Shown piece after piece: positions 29,445-39,211 of a stretch of DNA of 64,000 nt (the stretch's first letter is position 1; each line of letters starts with the position of its first letter). A program made the translations under genes and the position numbers. The notes below the pieces were generated by a model. The model did no database searches, was not told the origin of the DNA, and worked only from the letters and a program-made list of their open reading frames with translations. Origin of the DNA: Candidatus Bathyarchaeia archaeon. Lineage in GTDB: Archaea; Thermoproteota; Bathyarchaeia; Bathyarchaeales; Bathycorpusculaceae. The stretch lies in assembly GCA_038882655.1 (NCBI GenBank), contig JAVZNT010000002.1, positions 64,001 to 128,000 of the forward strand. Reading direction: 5' to 3'.

Positions 29445-31274
29445 ATGTGTGGAATATTTGGCTGTATTTTAAAGGAGGGCGCCGCTGCACCGCTAATACA
29501 TCACGCCCTTAGAAGGCTTGAATACCGTGGCTACGACTCCGTAGGTGAAGCAACAATCCACGAAGGAAAACTCTACATTAAAAAGGACAGCGGAAAAATA
29601 GACGACGTTCACAAAATCCATAACCTTGACGACTTGCCCGGTTTTATAGGTATAGGTCACACGAGATGGGCTACACATGGGGCGCCATTAATGATTAACG
29701 CGCACCCCCATGTTGATTGCAGCGGTCAAATAGCTGTAGTCCATAATGGGATTATTGAGAACTTCGCGGAACTGAAGCTTGAACTTGAAGGAAAAGGACA
29801 TACTTTCCAGTCCAGAACGGATACAGAAGTTATAGCCCACCTTATTGAGGAGGCGTTTAAAACAAATCCTTCTTTTGGGCTTGTGGATGCTGTTCTGGCG
29901 GCTTTGCAGAGTCTGGACGGTTCCTATGCGATTGCTGTTATTTCGCCAAAAGAACCAGACAAAATAGTTTGCGCTAGACACGAAAGCCCGCTTGTTGTAG
30001 GAATTGGAGAAAACGCGCTTTATTGCGCCTCGGACATTCCAGCTTTTTTACCATTAACCAATAAGGCGGTAATAATCGAAGACGGAGAGCTGGTAACCCT
30101 ATCTTTTGAAGGTCTTGAAATTAAAAGAATTGCAGACCTAAGCCCTGTCATCCGGGAGCCAAAGCTTATCGACTGGACTCCTGAAATGGCTGTTAAGCAA
30201 GGCTATCCCCACTTCATGTTGAAGGAAATCCATGAGCAACCCGTATGTTTACGAAACACTTTGAGACTGCAGGAGCATTATCTTGATTTGATGGCGACGT
30301 TCTTGGATCGCGCTAAAGAAGTGTTCCTTGTGGCTTGTGGCACATCATATCATGCTTGTTTGGCAGCATCCTATATGTTTTCTAAACTCGCTTTTCTAGC
30401 TACATATCCAGTAATAGCCTCAGAATTCATCGAGCAACACGGAAAATCAGTAAACATCGACAGCACCATCTTGGCTGTAAGTCAATCAGGCGAAACAGCA
30501 GACACGCTTGCCGCAGTAAATGCTGCCCGCCAAAGAGCAGCAACGGTTCTCGGGCTTACAAACGTTATCGGCTCAACACTAACAAGGGTTTCACGAGTCT
30601 ACATCAGCCAGCAGTCCGGTCCCGAAATCGGTGTAGCTGCAACCAAAACCTTCACTTCGCAGCTTTCGGTTCTCGCCCAGCTTGCGCTAAGGCTTGCAAA
30701 GAAGAGGGGAAAAATTTCTCAGGATGAAATGGACTTTATAGATGCGAAGTTAAAGAAGCTTCCAGAAATCGTGGAAACCGTAATCACCACACAAGAGGAG
30801 AAAGTAAAGAGCATAGCGAAAAAGTACAAGGATGCAAAGGTTTTCTTCTTTTTAGGACGGGGTATAAGCACAGCCACAGCATATGAAGGTAGACTTAAAC
30901 TTATGGAAATAGCCTACATCCCGTCAATTGCTTTTCCAGCTGGTGAAAGCAAACACGGACCGATAAGCCTCGTTGAAGAAGGGTTCCCAGCGGTTTTCAT
31001 ATGTCCCAAAGACGATACGCATAAGACCATTATAGGGAACATTATGGAGATGAAAGCCAGAGGAGCCTCAATAATAGCCATCATTGAAGAAGGTGACGAG
31101 GAAGTCAAAAGGCTAGCGGACGATTATGTTGAAGCGCCAAAGGGCATACCGGACGTTTTGTCACCCATACCCTTCGCTGTTCCACTGCAGCTCTTGGCCT
31201 ATTACATGGCTGTTGAAAGGGGACACGACCCTGATCAGCCTAGAAACCTAGCAAAATCTGTGACCGTAAAGTAG
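29445..31274 (+). CDS. glmS: Glutamine-fructose-6-phosphate transaminase (isomerizing)
   Basis: MCGIFG, LEYRGYDS, GHTRWATHG, SQSGETADT, PRNLAKSVTV. Confidence 0.97.
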   Translation: MCGIFGCILKEGAAAPLIHHALRRLEYRGYDSVGEATIHEGKLYIKKDSGKIDDVHKIHNLDDLPGFIGIGHTRWATHGAPLMINAHPHVDCSGQIAVVHNGIIENFAELKLELEGKGHTFQSRTDTEVIAHLIEEAFKTNPSFGLVDAVLAALQSLDGSYAIAVISPKEPDKIVCARHESPLVVGIGENALYCASDIPAFLPLTNKAVIIEDGELVTLSFEGLEIKRIADLSPVIREPKLIDWTPEMAVKQGYPHFMLKEIHEQPVCLRNTLRLQEHYLDLMATFLDRAKEVFLVACGTSYHACLAASYMFSKLAFLATYPVIASEFIEQHGKSVNIDSTILAVSQSGETADTLAAVNAARQRAATVLGLTNVIGSTLTRVSRVYISQQSGPEIGVAATKTFTSQLSVLAQLALRLAKKRGKISQDEMDFIDAKLKKLPEIVETVITTQEEKVKSIAKKYKDAKVFFFLGRGISTATAYEGRLKLMEIAYIPSIAFPAGESKHGPISLVEEGFPAVFICPKDDTHKTIIGNIMEMKARGASIIAIIEEGDEEVKRLADDYVEAPKGIPDVLSPIPFAVPLQLLAYYMAVERGHDPDQPRNLAKSVTVK

Positions 31275-31342
31275 CGCAATACAAATTTGAAATGCAAATC
31301 AGTTAAATGCCTAATCCACTTATCTTGGTATGGTGCAAAAAC

Positions 31343-32048
31343 TTGGAGGTAGACTGGGAACGGCTAATCGAGAATCTGATAAAAGAGGGCGTACTCCGCT
31401 CCCAAAAAGTGATTAAGGCGATGCGCAAAGTGCCTCGAACTAAGTTTCTGCCAGAAAACATGCGATCCTACAGCACTGTAGACACGCCTCTTCCAATTGG
31501 TTTTGGGCAGACGGTTTCAGCGCCACATAGCCTCGGCTTTCAGCCCGGCTAGGCGAAACATGGTTGCAATAATGAATGAAGCCCTTCAATTGGAAGTGGG
31601 CGACAAAGTCCTCGAAGTGGGGGCAGGTTCAGGCTGGCATGCCGCCACAATAGCTGAAATAGTGGCGCCAAGCGAAGCGCCTAGAAGCGAATGGGGACAC
31701 GTCTACACGGTCGAAATAATTGAGGGACTGGCGGAATTCGCAAGAAGAAACATAATGAAAGCAGGATACGGTGACCGAGTCACAATAGTCTGCAGGGACG
31801 GCTCCATGGGCTACCCAGAAAAAGCGCCATACGACAAAATAGTTGTTACAGCAGCAGCCCCAGACATACCAAAACCCCTAGTCGAACAGCTGAAAAACGG
31901 CGGAGTAATGCTTATACCCATTGGAAGCATGCACCTATTCCAAAGCTTGATAAAAGTTATGAAAAGCGCTGATGGAAAAATTAGGCAAGAAAATCTCGGT
32001 GGCGTGGCTTTTGTACCCTTGACTGGGCGCTATGGACATAAACTCTAG
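31343..32048 (+). CDS. pcm: Protein-L-isoaspartate O-methyltransferase, predicted spliced join(31343..31526,31558..32048), 224 aa (alternative start ATG 31307)
   Basis: Exon 1 VPRTKF...[15 protein letters not shown]; exon 2 [37 protein letters not shown]; the two halves are out of frame unless 31 nt are removed. Confidence 0.92.
31527..31557 (+). other. 31-nt bulge-helix-bulge intron in pcm pre-mRNA
   Basis: Central helix CGCC(31521-24)/GGCG(31552-55); 3-nt bulges ACA(31525-27) and AAA(31556-58); inner stem TAGCC/GGCTA plus GGCT/AGCC; canonical cuts give CCA CAC ATG. Confidence 0.88.
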
Positions 32049-32055
32049 CTTGAGT

Positions 32056-33354
32056 TTAGCCAGTTTCAAGTTTTTCTTTATACGCTGTTAAATCTAGGAA
32101 ACCATGTCCGCTTATATTCATGCAGATTACTTTTTCAACCCCAGTTTTTTCGGCTTTTAGTGCTTCATCTATTCCGGCTCGGATGGCGTAGCTGGATTCT
32201 GGAGCAGGTAACCATCCCTCGCTTTGTAAGAAAATCTTTGCAGCTTCAAAAATAGCCTTTTCATCTGTAGGGTAAGCTACTGCCTTAACAAGTCCATAAT
32301 GCCTTAAAAGGCTTATTATGGGAGCAGCTGCGTGATACCGCAAGCCGTCGGCTTTTATCGGCGACATCTCAACCTTATGCCCTAAAGTGTAAACTTTCAA
32401 AAGTGGCGTATATTCAGCCACATCGCAAAAATCATAACGATATTCACCTTTAACAAGGTTAGGTGCAGCCATCGATTGAGCCGCCAGAAACTCGCATTCA
32501 CGTTTTCCTCTAAGAACTTCACCTATGAAGGGCAAGGCTATACCACCAAAGTTTGAACCTCCTCCGAGACAGCCAATTATCAAGTCTGGTTTTTCGTCTA
32601 TAAGGTCAAACTGTTTTATGGTTTCTAACCCTATTATAGATTGGTGCATCAACACGTGGTTTAGAACAGAGCCTAGACAGTAAACCGCGTCTTCATGGGT
32701 CTCGGCATATTCTAATCCCTCTGAAATTGCTATTCCAAGTGAGCCCGGATGCTCCGAATTTTTTGAGAGAACCTCTTTGCCAATTTTTGTCTGTTGACTT
32801 GGCGAAGCGTAAACCTTCGCGCCTAGAAGCTTCATTAATGTTCTTCTGTCAGTCTTCCAGTCATAGACGGATTTAACCCAAAAAACCACGCAATCCAAAC
32901 CTATAAGCCTTGCAGCATAAGAGAGGGCTGTTCCCCACTGTCCAGCACCAGTTTCCGTTGTCAGAGTCGTTTTTCTCTCTTTCATGGCGTAGTAGGCTTG
33001 AGCCACTGCCGTGTTGGTTTTATGAGAGCCCGTTGGAGATAAATCCTCTCGTTTATAATAAAGCCTAACCTTCTTAAGTCCTAAACATTTTTCCAATCTT
33101 ATCGCACGATAGAGGGGCCTAGGTCTTCCCATGTGAAGGTAAAGTTCACGTATTTCTTCTGGAATTGGAACCCAACCCTCACTTGACATCTCTTGCCTTA
33201 AACACTCCTTGACCATGGTCTTAGCCAAAAACTCCATTCGCGACGGACCAGTTTCCGGCTCTTTCGGGGGTGGAAGCGCCTCGGGTAGGTCTGGCAGGAT
33301 ATTATACCATTTTGTTGGAAGCTCGTCTACTGGAAGCGAAATTTGGTTGCGCAC
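32056..33354 (-). CDS. trpB2: Tryptophan synthase beta chain 2 (TrpB2)
   Basis: SPTGSHKTN, TETGAGQWG, GSVLNHV, GGGSNFGG, GLRYH. Confidence 0.92.
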   Translation of the reverse strand: MRNQISLPVDELPTKWYNILPDLPEALPPPKEPETGPSRMEFLAKTMVKECLRQEMSSEGWVPIPEEIRELYLHMGRPRPLYRAIRLEKCLGLKKVRLYYKREDLSPTGSHKTNTAVAQAYYAMKERKTTLTTETGAGQWGTALSYAARLIGLDCVVFWVKSVYDWKTDRRTLMKLLGAKVYASPSQQTKIGKEVLSKNSEHPGSLGIAISEGLEYAETHEDAVYCLGSVLNHVLMHQSIIGLETIKQFDLIDEKPDLIIGCLGGGSNFGGIALPFIGEVLRGKRECEFLAAQSMAAPNLVKGEYRYDFCDVAEYTPLLKVYTLGHKVEMSPIKADGLRYHAAAPIISLLRHYGLVKAVAYPTDEKAIFEAAKIFLQSEGWLPAPESSYAIRAGIDEALKAEKTGVEKVICMNISGHGFLDLTAYKEKLETG

Positions 33355-33423
33355 TCTTCTCTCACCTCTATGAGAGACTGTTCTATTCAGTGCAAGATGG
33401 ATTAAAGATTTCCTATGTACGGC

Positions 33424-34458
33424 CTATCCAAACCATCTTTCAAGCGTTGTTTTTCCTTTAAGCTTGTATATCCCCTTTTGCATCTTTTCTAAAGCTTTTC
33501 TGACACGGTCTTCAGAAAAATCCCTTTGGCGACAGATAAAGTCTATAACCCCTTCTACTTCGGGCTCCCGCCACTCTATTTTATAGTTGTTCGTTACTTT
33601 TGGATATAGAAAAATCTCCTTAATTCTTTTCGGTTCAACCGGAAACTCAGCATTTTTAATGTGAGGTAAAGCATTTTCTAGACTCCCATACTCTTTTATA
33701 AGTTTCAAAGCGGTTTTCGGCCCAAGCCCCTTTACGCCTTCGGGGTTAAAGTCCGTCCCCACCAATATTCCCACATCAATCAACTGTTCATGAGTTATCC
33801 CGCACTCTTTCAAAACCTGCTCAAGCTCAATGATTTCGGGCTCAACTTCAATGTGAACATTTTTTCCAGGAAGCTTTCGTCTTCCAGAGATTGTTACGTT
33901 TCTAACGAGGCGGAGTGCACCGAAAAGTAGGCTGTCATAGTCTTGGCTTGCGCAGTAGTCGGCGTCTCCCTGCTTAACCACGTGGGCAGCTTGGGCTTCG
34001 CCTTCGCTTGGAGCCTGAATCCATGGGATGCCCATTAAGTCTAGGAGGCGTTTGCTGTCCTCAGCCATGTAATCCTTAAGGCTTGAAGTTGCTTGTGCAT
34101 ACATTCTGGCTTCTTCAATTCTACCCTCCTTTATGGCTTGCTCATACTTTATTAGGGCTTCTTCCTTAGCCTTCATACGCCTTTTAATCTCAACTTCTTT
34201 TAGGGCTGGTGGCACCCCGTCAAAAACGTAGATGGGTTTGATTCCTAACTCTATGAGGTTGCTTGTCCTATAAAGGAGACCGCTCAAATGGCTTGTGATG
34301 CGCCCGCTACTATCCTTTAATGGTGTGCCGTCGGGCTGTCGGATTATGGCTAAAAACTGGTATAGCGCGTTGTAAGCGTCTATGGCAATAGATTTTCCAC
34401 TTAAATCCTCAAGCCTTACGACTGTTTTTGGGACGATGTCTCGAAGGTTCACTCCCAA
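33424..34458 (-). CDS. fen: Flap endonuclease 1
   Basis: DAYNALYQFL, APSEGEAQ, SQDYDSLLFG, GTDFN, C-terminal PIP box TTLERWF. Confidence 0.96.
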   Translation of the reverse strand: MGVNLRDIVPKTVVRLEDLSGKSIAIDAYNALYQFLAIIRQPDGTPLKDSSGRITSHLSGLLYRTSNLIELGIKPIYVFDGVPPALKEVEIKRRMKAKEEALIKYEQAIKEGRIEEARMYAQATSSLKDYMAEDSKRLLDLMGIPWIQAPSEGEAQAAHVVKQGDADYCASQDYDSLLFGALRLVRNVTISGRRKLPGKNVHIEVEPEIIELEQVLKECGITHEQLIDVGILVGTDFNPEGVKGLGPKTALKLIKEYGSLENALPHIKNAEFPVEPKRIKEIFLYPKVTNNYKIEWREPEVEGVIDFICRQRDFSEDRVRKALEKMQKGIYKLKGKTTLERWFG

Positions 34459-34577
34459 AATGGTTCCCGCTAAATACTGCATGAGTTAAAGTGGAATAAT
34501 AAATTTGCGAATATTACAGTACAGCACATTTTATAAGGAAGCTTAACAATTACAACCATCACCGTTGAGGAATAAAA

Positions 34578-34766
34578 ATGGCTGAAAAGGCAGCAACAAT
34601 AACGCTAGTTACATGCACAAGCTGCGGCAAGCCTATTCCGCCTGGAGCAGAAGCTACAAAGTTTCTCTGCCCAAACTGTGGAGAAATCATGATTAGGCGC
34701 TGCACAAAATGTCGTAAATTTGGACGCCAATATAAGTGCCCAAAATGCGGCTTTGTTGGACCGTAG
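34578..34766 (+). CDS. Small Zn-finger protein (DUF1610 / HVO_2753-like)
   Basis: Four CxxC motifs ending CPKCGFVGP; conserved position upstream of EF-1beta. Confidence 0.9.
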   Translation: MAEKAATITLVTCTSCGKPIPPGAEATKFLCPNCGEIMIRRCTKCRKFGRQYKCPKCGFVGP

Positions 34767-34778
34767 GAGGTGTAAAAT

Positions 34779-35054
34779 TTGGGAAGCGTTATAATTTCTT
34801 ACAAAATTTTCCCGACGGACATAACAGTAAACTTCGAGAATTTGAAAAAGAAGATTGAGGCTTCTCTGCCTGAATTCGCAACTATATATGGTTACGACGA
34901 AGAGCCTATAGCCTTCGGCCTAAACGCCTTGATTTGCGCTATCAAAATTCCAGAGGACAAGAGTGGAGTGCTTGAAGAGTTGGAAAAACGATTTGAACAG
35001 ATAAGCGAAATAAGCCAAGTGCAAACAGTAATGGTTAGAAGGATAAGCAGATAA
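34779..35054 (+). CDS. ef1b: Translation elongation factor 1-beta
   Basis: EEPIAFGLNAL motif; GGAGG RBS. Confidence 0.92.
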   Translation: MGSVIISYKIFPTDITVNFENLKKKIEASLPEFATIYGYDEEPIAFGLNALICAIKIPEDKSGVLEELEKRFEQISEISQVQTVMVRRISR

Positions 35055-35124
35055 GGTTAAACCTTTATATAGAAATTTAACGTGTTTCGAAGCAGAGCAA
35101 CCAATCTTATGGGAAGGGTTTTAG

Positions 35125-37296
35125 GTGAGCGAAGTTCAGCTTCGAGTCGGAGATGCAAGACAGAGGGATGTCGGCAGAGGAATAGCTAGACTAGACCAGA
35201 GAACAATGCAGAAGCTAGGCATAAGCGCTGGCGACGTAATAGAAATAGTCGGCAAAAGAACAACATCGGCCATAGCATGGCCAGCCTATAGCGAAGACCA
35301 AAACCGCGACATAATACGCATAGACGGGTTCACCCGCAAAAACGCCGGAGTAGCCATAAACGAATATGTCATGATAAGGCCGGCAAAGGTTAAAGAGGCT
35401 CTAAACGTCACACTCGCGCCGGTGGACATGCGCCTAAACGTGGATGAAGACTTTACAAACTTTGTCAAAAATCGCTTAATGGAAAGAACATTAGTTGAAG
35501 GGGACACAACCCTTGTTATGATGCTTGGTCACGCAATACCCTTCGTTGTAACGAAAACCCGTCCCCATGGCATTGTGAAGGTTACTCCTGAAACCAAACT
35601 GACAATTCTTAGCGAGCCAGCCCCCGAAGGGAAAGGAGTGCCAAGAACAACCTACGAGGATATAGGCGGCTTACATGAGGAGATTCAAAGAGTGCGCGAG
35701 ATGGTGGAGCTTCCACTGAGGCATCCGGAGCTCTTCCAAAGGCTCGGCATAGAACCGCCAAAGGGAGTGCTGCTGCATGGACCGCCGGGCTGCGGTAAGA
35801 CTTTGCTAGCTAGGGCTGTGGCAAACGAGTCAGAGGCCAACTTCTTCTCCATAAACGGACCAGAAATAATGAGCAAATTCTACGGTGAGTCTGAAGCGCG
35901 TCTTAGGGAGATTTTCCAACAAGCTCAGCAGAATGCTCCAAGCATAATATTCATTGACGAGCTGGACGCCATAGCCCCAAAAAGGGAAGAGGTAACAGGC
36001 GAAGTTGAAAGACGTGTCGTGGCGCAACTTTTAGCATTAATGGATGGATTATCCGGAAGAGGAAATGTCATAGTAATAGGCGCAACCAACAGACCTAACG
36101 CTCTTGATCCGGCTCTCCGCCGGCCAGGAAGGTTTGACAGAGAGATCGAGATAGGCGTTCCAGACAAGCAAGGAAGATATGAGATCCTCCAGATTCACAC
36201 CCGTGGAATGCCGCTTGCTGAAGATGTGGACCTTAAAAAGCTTGCTGAAATGACTCATGGATATACCGGCGCAGACTTAGCAGCACTTTGCAGAGAGACC
36301 GCCATGAAGGCGTTAAGACGATATTTGCCGCAGATTAACCTTGAAGAAGAGCGCATACCACCGGAAGTCCTGGAAAAAATGGAGGTCAAAATGGAAGATT
36401 TCTTGAACGCGTATAAAGAAGTTACGCCGACAGCCATGCGAGAAGTGTACGTTGAAGTCCCAGCGGTTCACTGGGAAGACATCGGTGGGCTAGAGGAGGT
36501 TAAGCAAGAGCTGAGAGAGGCTGTTGAGTGGCCTCTAAAGCATCCCGGCATCTTCAAAAAGATGGGAATAAAGCCTCCTAAAGGAATACTGCTTTACGGG
36601 CCCCCAGGCTGCGGTAAGACACTACTGGCTAGGGCTGTAGCAACAGAGAGCGAAGCCAACTTCATAACAATTAAGGGCCCAGAAGTCTTTTCCAAATGGG
36701 TTGGAGAATCTGAAAAAGCCATAAGAGAAGTCTTTAGAAAAGCACGAATGGCAGCACCAGCAGTAATATTCTTTGATGAAATTGATTCACTTGTGCCCCG
36801 TCGAGGATTGGGCTTTGCAGACAGCGGCGTAACAGAACGAGTAATAAGCCAACTTCTAACGGAAATGGATGGCATAGTGACCCTAGAAGACATAGTTGTT
36901 ATAGCTGCAACCAACAGACCAGACATAGTTGACCCAGCAGTGCTTCGCCCCGGAAGATTTGATAGGCTAATATATGTGCCAGAACCAGACGAGAAAAGTC
37001 GTCTCCAAATATTCAAAATCTACACCAAGAATATGCCCCTCGCAAGGGACATAAGCCTAGAAACTTTAGCCGCCATGACAAAGAACTATTCCGGTGCAGA
37101 CATTGAAGCTGTCTGCAGAGAAGCAGCTATGCAAGCCTTAAGAAGAGATATGAACGCAAAAGAAGTCACAATGAAAGACTTTGAAGAGGCTTTGAAGCGC
37201 ATAGGGCCTTCCATAACACCTGACATGGAGAAATGGTACAAGAGCTTCATGCAGCAAGTCCGACAAGTACAAAAGCCCGCAACACCAGTAGCCTAG
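35125..37296 (+). CDS. cdc48: Cdc48/VCP/VAT AAA+ ATPase
   Basis: Two AAA modules GPPGCGKT, N-domain [10 protein letters not shown]. Confidence 0.96.
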   Translation: MSEVQLRVGDARQRDVGRGIARLDQRTMQKLGISAGDVIEIVGKRTTSAIAWPAYSEDQNRDIIRIDGFTRKNAGVAINEYVMIRPAKVKEALNVTLAPVDMRLNVDEDFTNFVKNRLMERTLVEGDTTLVMMLGHAIPFVVTKTRPHGIVKVTPETKLTILSEPAPEGKGVPRTTYEDIGGLHEEIQRVREMVELPLRHPELFQRLGIEPPKGVLLHGPPGCGKTLLARAVANESEANFFSINGPEIMSKFYGESEARLREIFQQAQQNAPSIIFIDELDAIAPKREEVTGEVERRVVAQLLALMDGLSGRGNVIVIGATNRPNALDPALRRPGRFDREIEIGVPDKQGRYEILQIHTRGMPLAEDVDLKKLAEMTHGYTGADLAALCRETAMKALRRYLPQINLEEERIPPEVLEKMEVKMEDFLNAYKEVTPTAMREVYVEVPAVHWEDIGGLEEVKQELREAVEWPLKHPGIFKKMGIKPPKGILLYGPPGCGKTLLARAVATESEANFITIKGPEVFSKWVGESEKAIREVFRKARMAAPAVIFFDEIDSLVPRRGLGFADSGVTERVISQLLTEMDGIVTLEDIVVIAATNRPDIVDPAVLRPGRFDRLIYVPEPDEKSRLQIFKIYTKNMPLARDISLETLAAMTKNYSGADIEAVCREAAMQALRRDMNAKEVTMKDFEEALKRIGPSITPDMEKWYKSFMQQVRQVQKPATPVA

Positions 37297-37307
37297 GAGA
37301 AAACAGA

Positions 37308-37535
37308 ATGCCAACGAAAATATGGAAAACTCAACCCATCTACCACACATTACTTGAAATTCTAAAAAAGAAAGGCGCCATGACAGACACAGAGCTCTTT
37401 GAATACCTAAGCGAGGAGTTCAAAGACATTGGGTACAAAGACTTCAACAAAGCGCTCATGCAACTTGAAATAGGCGGAAAAATACGCACAACATCCCTTG
37501 TCCGCGGAAAGAAAAGAGTCGAGCTCATAGCCTAA
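37308..37535 (+). CDS. Small winged-helix protein
   Basis: GAMTDTELF..L...FNKALMQLEIGGKI; follows cdc48. Confidence 0.75.
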   Translation: MPTKIWKTQPIYHTLLEILKKKGAMTDTELFEYLSEEFKDIGYKDFNKALMQLEIGGKIRTTSLVRGKKRVELIA

Positions 37536-37574
37536 TTTTTCCAAAGAATTTTTGAGTTTTAAACGTGTAAACAG

Positions 37575-38798
37575 ATGGAAAACTTTTCAGACGTAATAGT
37601 TGTTGGAGGAGGCTCATGCGGTTCCTTCAGTGCCCTAAACCTTTCAAAAAGGGGTATCAACGTAACAGTCTTTGAAGAACATGACGAAATCGGTGTTCCA
37701 CGCCACTGCGCTGGACACATAAGCATTAGCGGGCTAAAAAATCTCGGACTTTACCCTCTACCAGAAGGTATCATGGAGAATACATTTGTCGGAGCAAAAA
37801 TTCATTCTCCCAGCGGCACAGCGTTTACAGTTCGATTATCAAAACCAGTAACATGTGCTGTTAACCGCGTCTTGTTCGATAAGTACATCGCAGAGCTAGC
37901 CCAAAAGGCCGGCGCATGCTATACTTTGGGCGCAAGGGTTGAATCTCTAGTATTTGCAAGGGGATTTGTAAAAGGTGTCGTTATTAAGCGGTATAACAAA
38001 TTATCTGAATTTTTTGGCAAAATAATTTTAGACGCAGAGGGAATATCTGCAAAACTGCTGAAACAAGCACTATTACCTCAACCAACAAGCGACAAAATTG
38101 TCCGCGGAGCACAGGTTGATGTTGAAAATGTTAAAGATGTCGAAACAGACATAGTCGAGGTCATCCTTGGAAGCAACTACGCCCCGGGTTTTTATGCTTG
38201 GTTAATCCCAAAAAACGAGACGGAAGCAAGAGTAGGGTTAGCAGCTAAAACTGGGAATCCAAGAGCGCTCCTGCAAAGGCTTATAAACAAGCATCCAACG
38301 GTCTCCGCAAAATTGCGAACGGCAAAAATAATCAGAGAATCTTATCATCCAATAACGCTTGGCGGGCCAATACCGAAGGCGTACACCAACGGTTTTCTTG
38401 TGGTCGGTGATGCAGCCTCGCAAGTGAAGCCGACAACCGGCGGCGGAGTAATATTAGGTTTGAACTGTGCGAAAATCGTCGCCGATGTTATCGTAGAAGC
38501 CTTGAACAAAAATGATTTTTCAGCAGAATTTTTAAGCGTATATCAGAGGCGCTTCATGAAAATGTTTGGTTTTGATTTGAAAATTATGCTTAAGATTAGG
38601 GAGATGCTGGATACGCTTTCAGACAAAAAGTTAGACAACATCGTAAGCCTTTGTGGAAAAATACAGTTAAATGAAGTCTTAAAAGATTTGAAGGAAATCG
38701 ATTTCCAAGGGCGTGCCCTTCTAAAATTGGCGTGGAATCCAAAGGTTTCAACGGCACTAGCCTTCTTTTTTCTTAGTTATCTTTTGGGGAAACCTTAA
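37575..38798 (+). CDS. Geranylgeranyl reductase family FAD oxidoreductase
   Basis: VVGGGSCG, GFYAWLIP, VGDAASQVKPTTGGG. Confidence 0.88.
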   Translation: MENFSDVIVVGGGSCGSFSALNLSKRGINVTVFEEHDEIGVPRHCAGHISISGLKNLGLYPLPEGIMENTFVGAKIHSPSGTAFTVRLSKPVTCAVNRVLFDKYIAELAQKAGACYTLGARVESLVFARGFVKGVVIKRYNKLSEFFGKIILDAEGISAKLLKQALLPQPTSDKIVRGAQVDVENVKDVETDIVEVILGSNYAPGFYAWLIPKNETEARVGLAAKTGNPRALLQRLINKHPTVSAKLRTAKIIRESYHPITLGGPIPKAYTNGFLVVGDAASQVKPTTGGGVILGLNCAKIVADVIVEALNKNDFSAEFLSVYQRRFMKMFGFDLKIMLKIREMLDTLSDKKLDNIVSLCGKIQLNEVLKDLKEIDFQGRALLKLAWNPKVSTALAFFFLSYLLGKP

Positions 38799-38835
38799 AA
38801 CCGTATTTTAGCAATGTAGCAGTGGCTGAATCGTT

Positions 38836-39198
38836 ATGAGTGAGTTTCGCTACAAGCAGGTCATAGTTTTTCGATCAGACTTAAAGCTTAGCAAGGGAAA
38901 AGTGGCAGCTCAAGCTGGACACGCGGCTGTGTCTGCGGCTGAGGATGCTCGCAAACATAGGAGAGAGTGGTGGAAGGCTTGGCTAAACGAGGGGCAGTGC
39001 AAGATTGTTGTAAAGGTTAAAAACGAAGCAGAACTTCTAATGCTGGAGAAACAAGCGAAGAAAATGGCTTTACCGTGCGCCCTAATCGTTGACAGAGGAC
39101 TGACAGAAATTCCTCCCGGAACTATAACATGTTTGGGGATAGGACCTGCCCCAGCCGAAAAATTTGATAAAATTACTGGAAACCTCCCGCTTTTATGA
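38836..39198 (+). CDS. pth2: Peptidyl-tRNA hydrolase 2
   Basis: KGKVAAQAGHA, GQCKIVVK, DRGLTEI..GT.TCLGIGP. Confidence 0.95.
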   Translation: MSEFRYKQVIVFRSDLKLSKGKVAAQAGHAAVSAAEDARKHRREWWKAWLNEGQCKIVVKVKNEAELLMLEKQAKKMALPCALIVDRGLTEIPPGTITCLGIGPAPAEKFDKITGNLPLL

Positions 39199-39211
39199 CT
39201 GAGGCTCAGCA

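Noticed and set aside
31497-31559. ORF-track N-terminus [21 protein letters not shown] of the second pcm ORF, or a simple frameshift error
   Set aside because: It is the off-frame reading of exon 1 plus intron. A 1-nt error would leave about 10 extra residues inside the SAPHM motif, whereas BHB excision restores it exactly.
33900-33930. FEN1 LFGAL instead of the usual LFGAP (likewise AspRS RLGAR for RLDxR near 63490)
   Set aside because: Single substitutions may be strain variants or base-call errors; there is no evidence for RNA editing.
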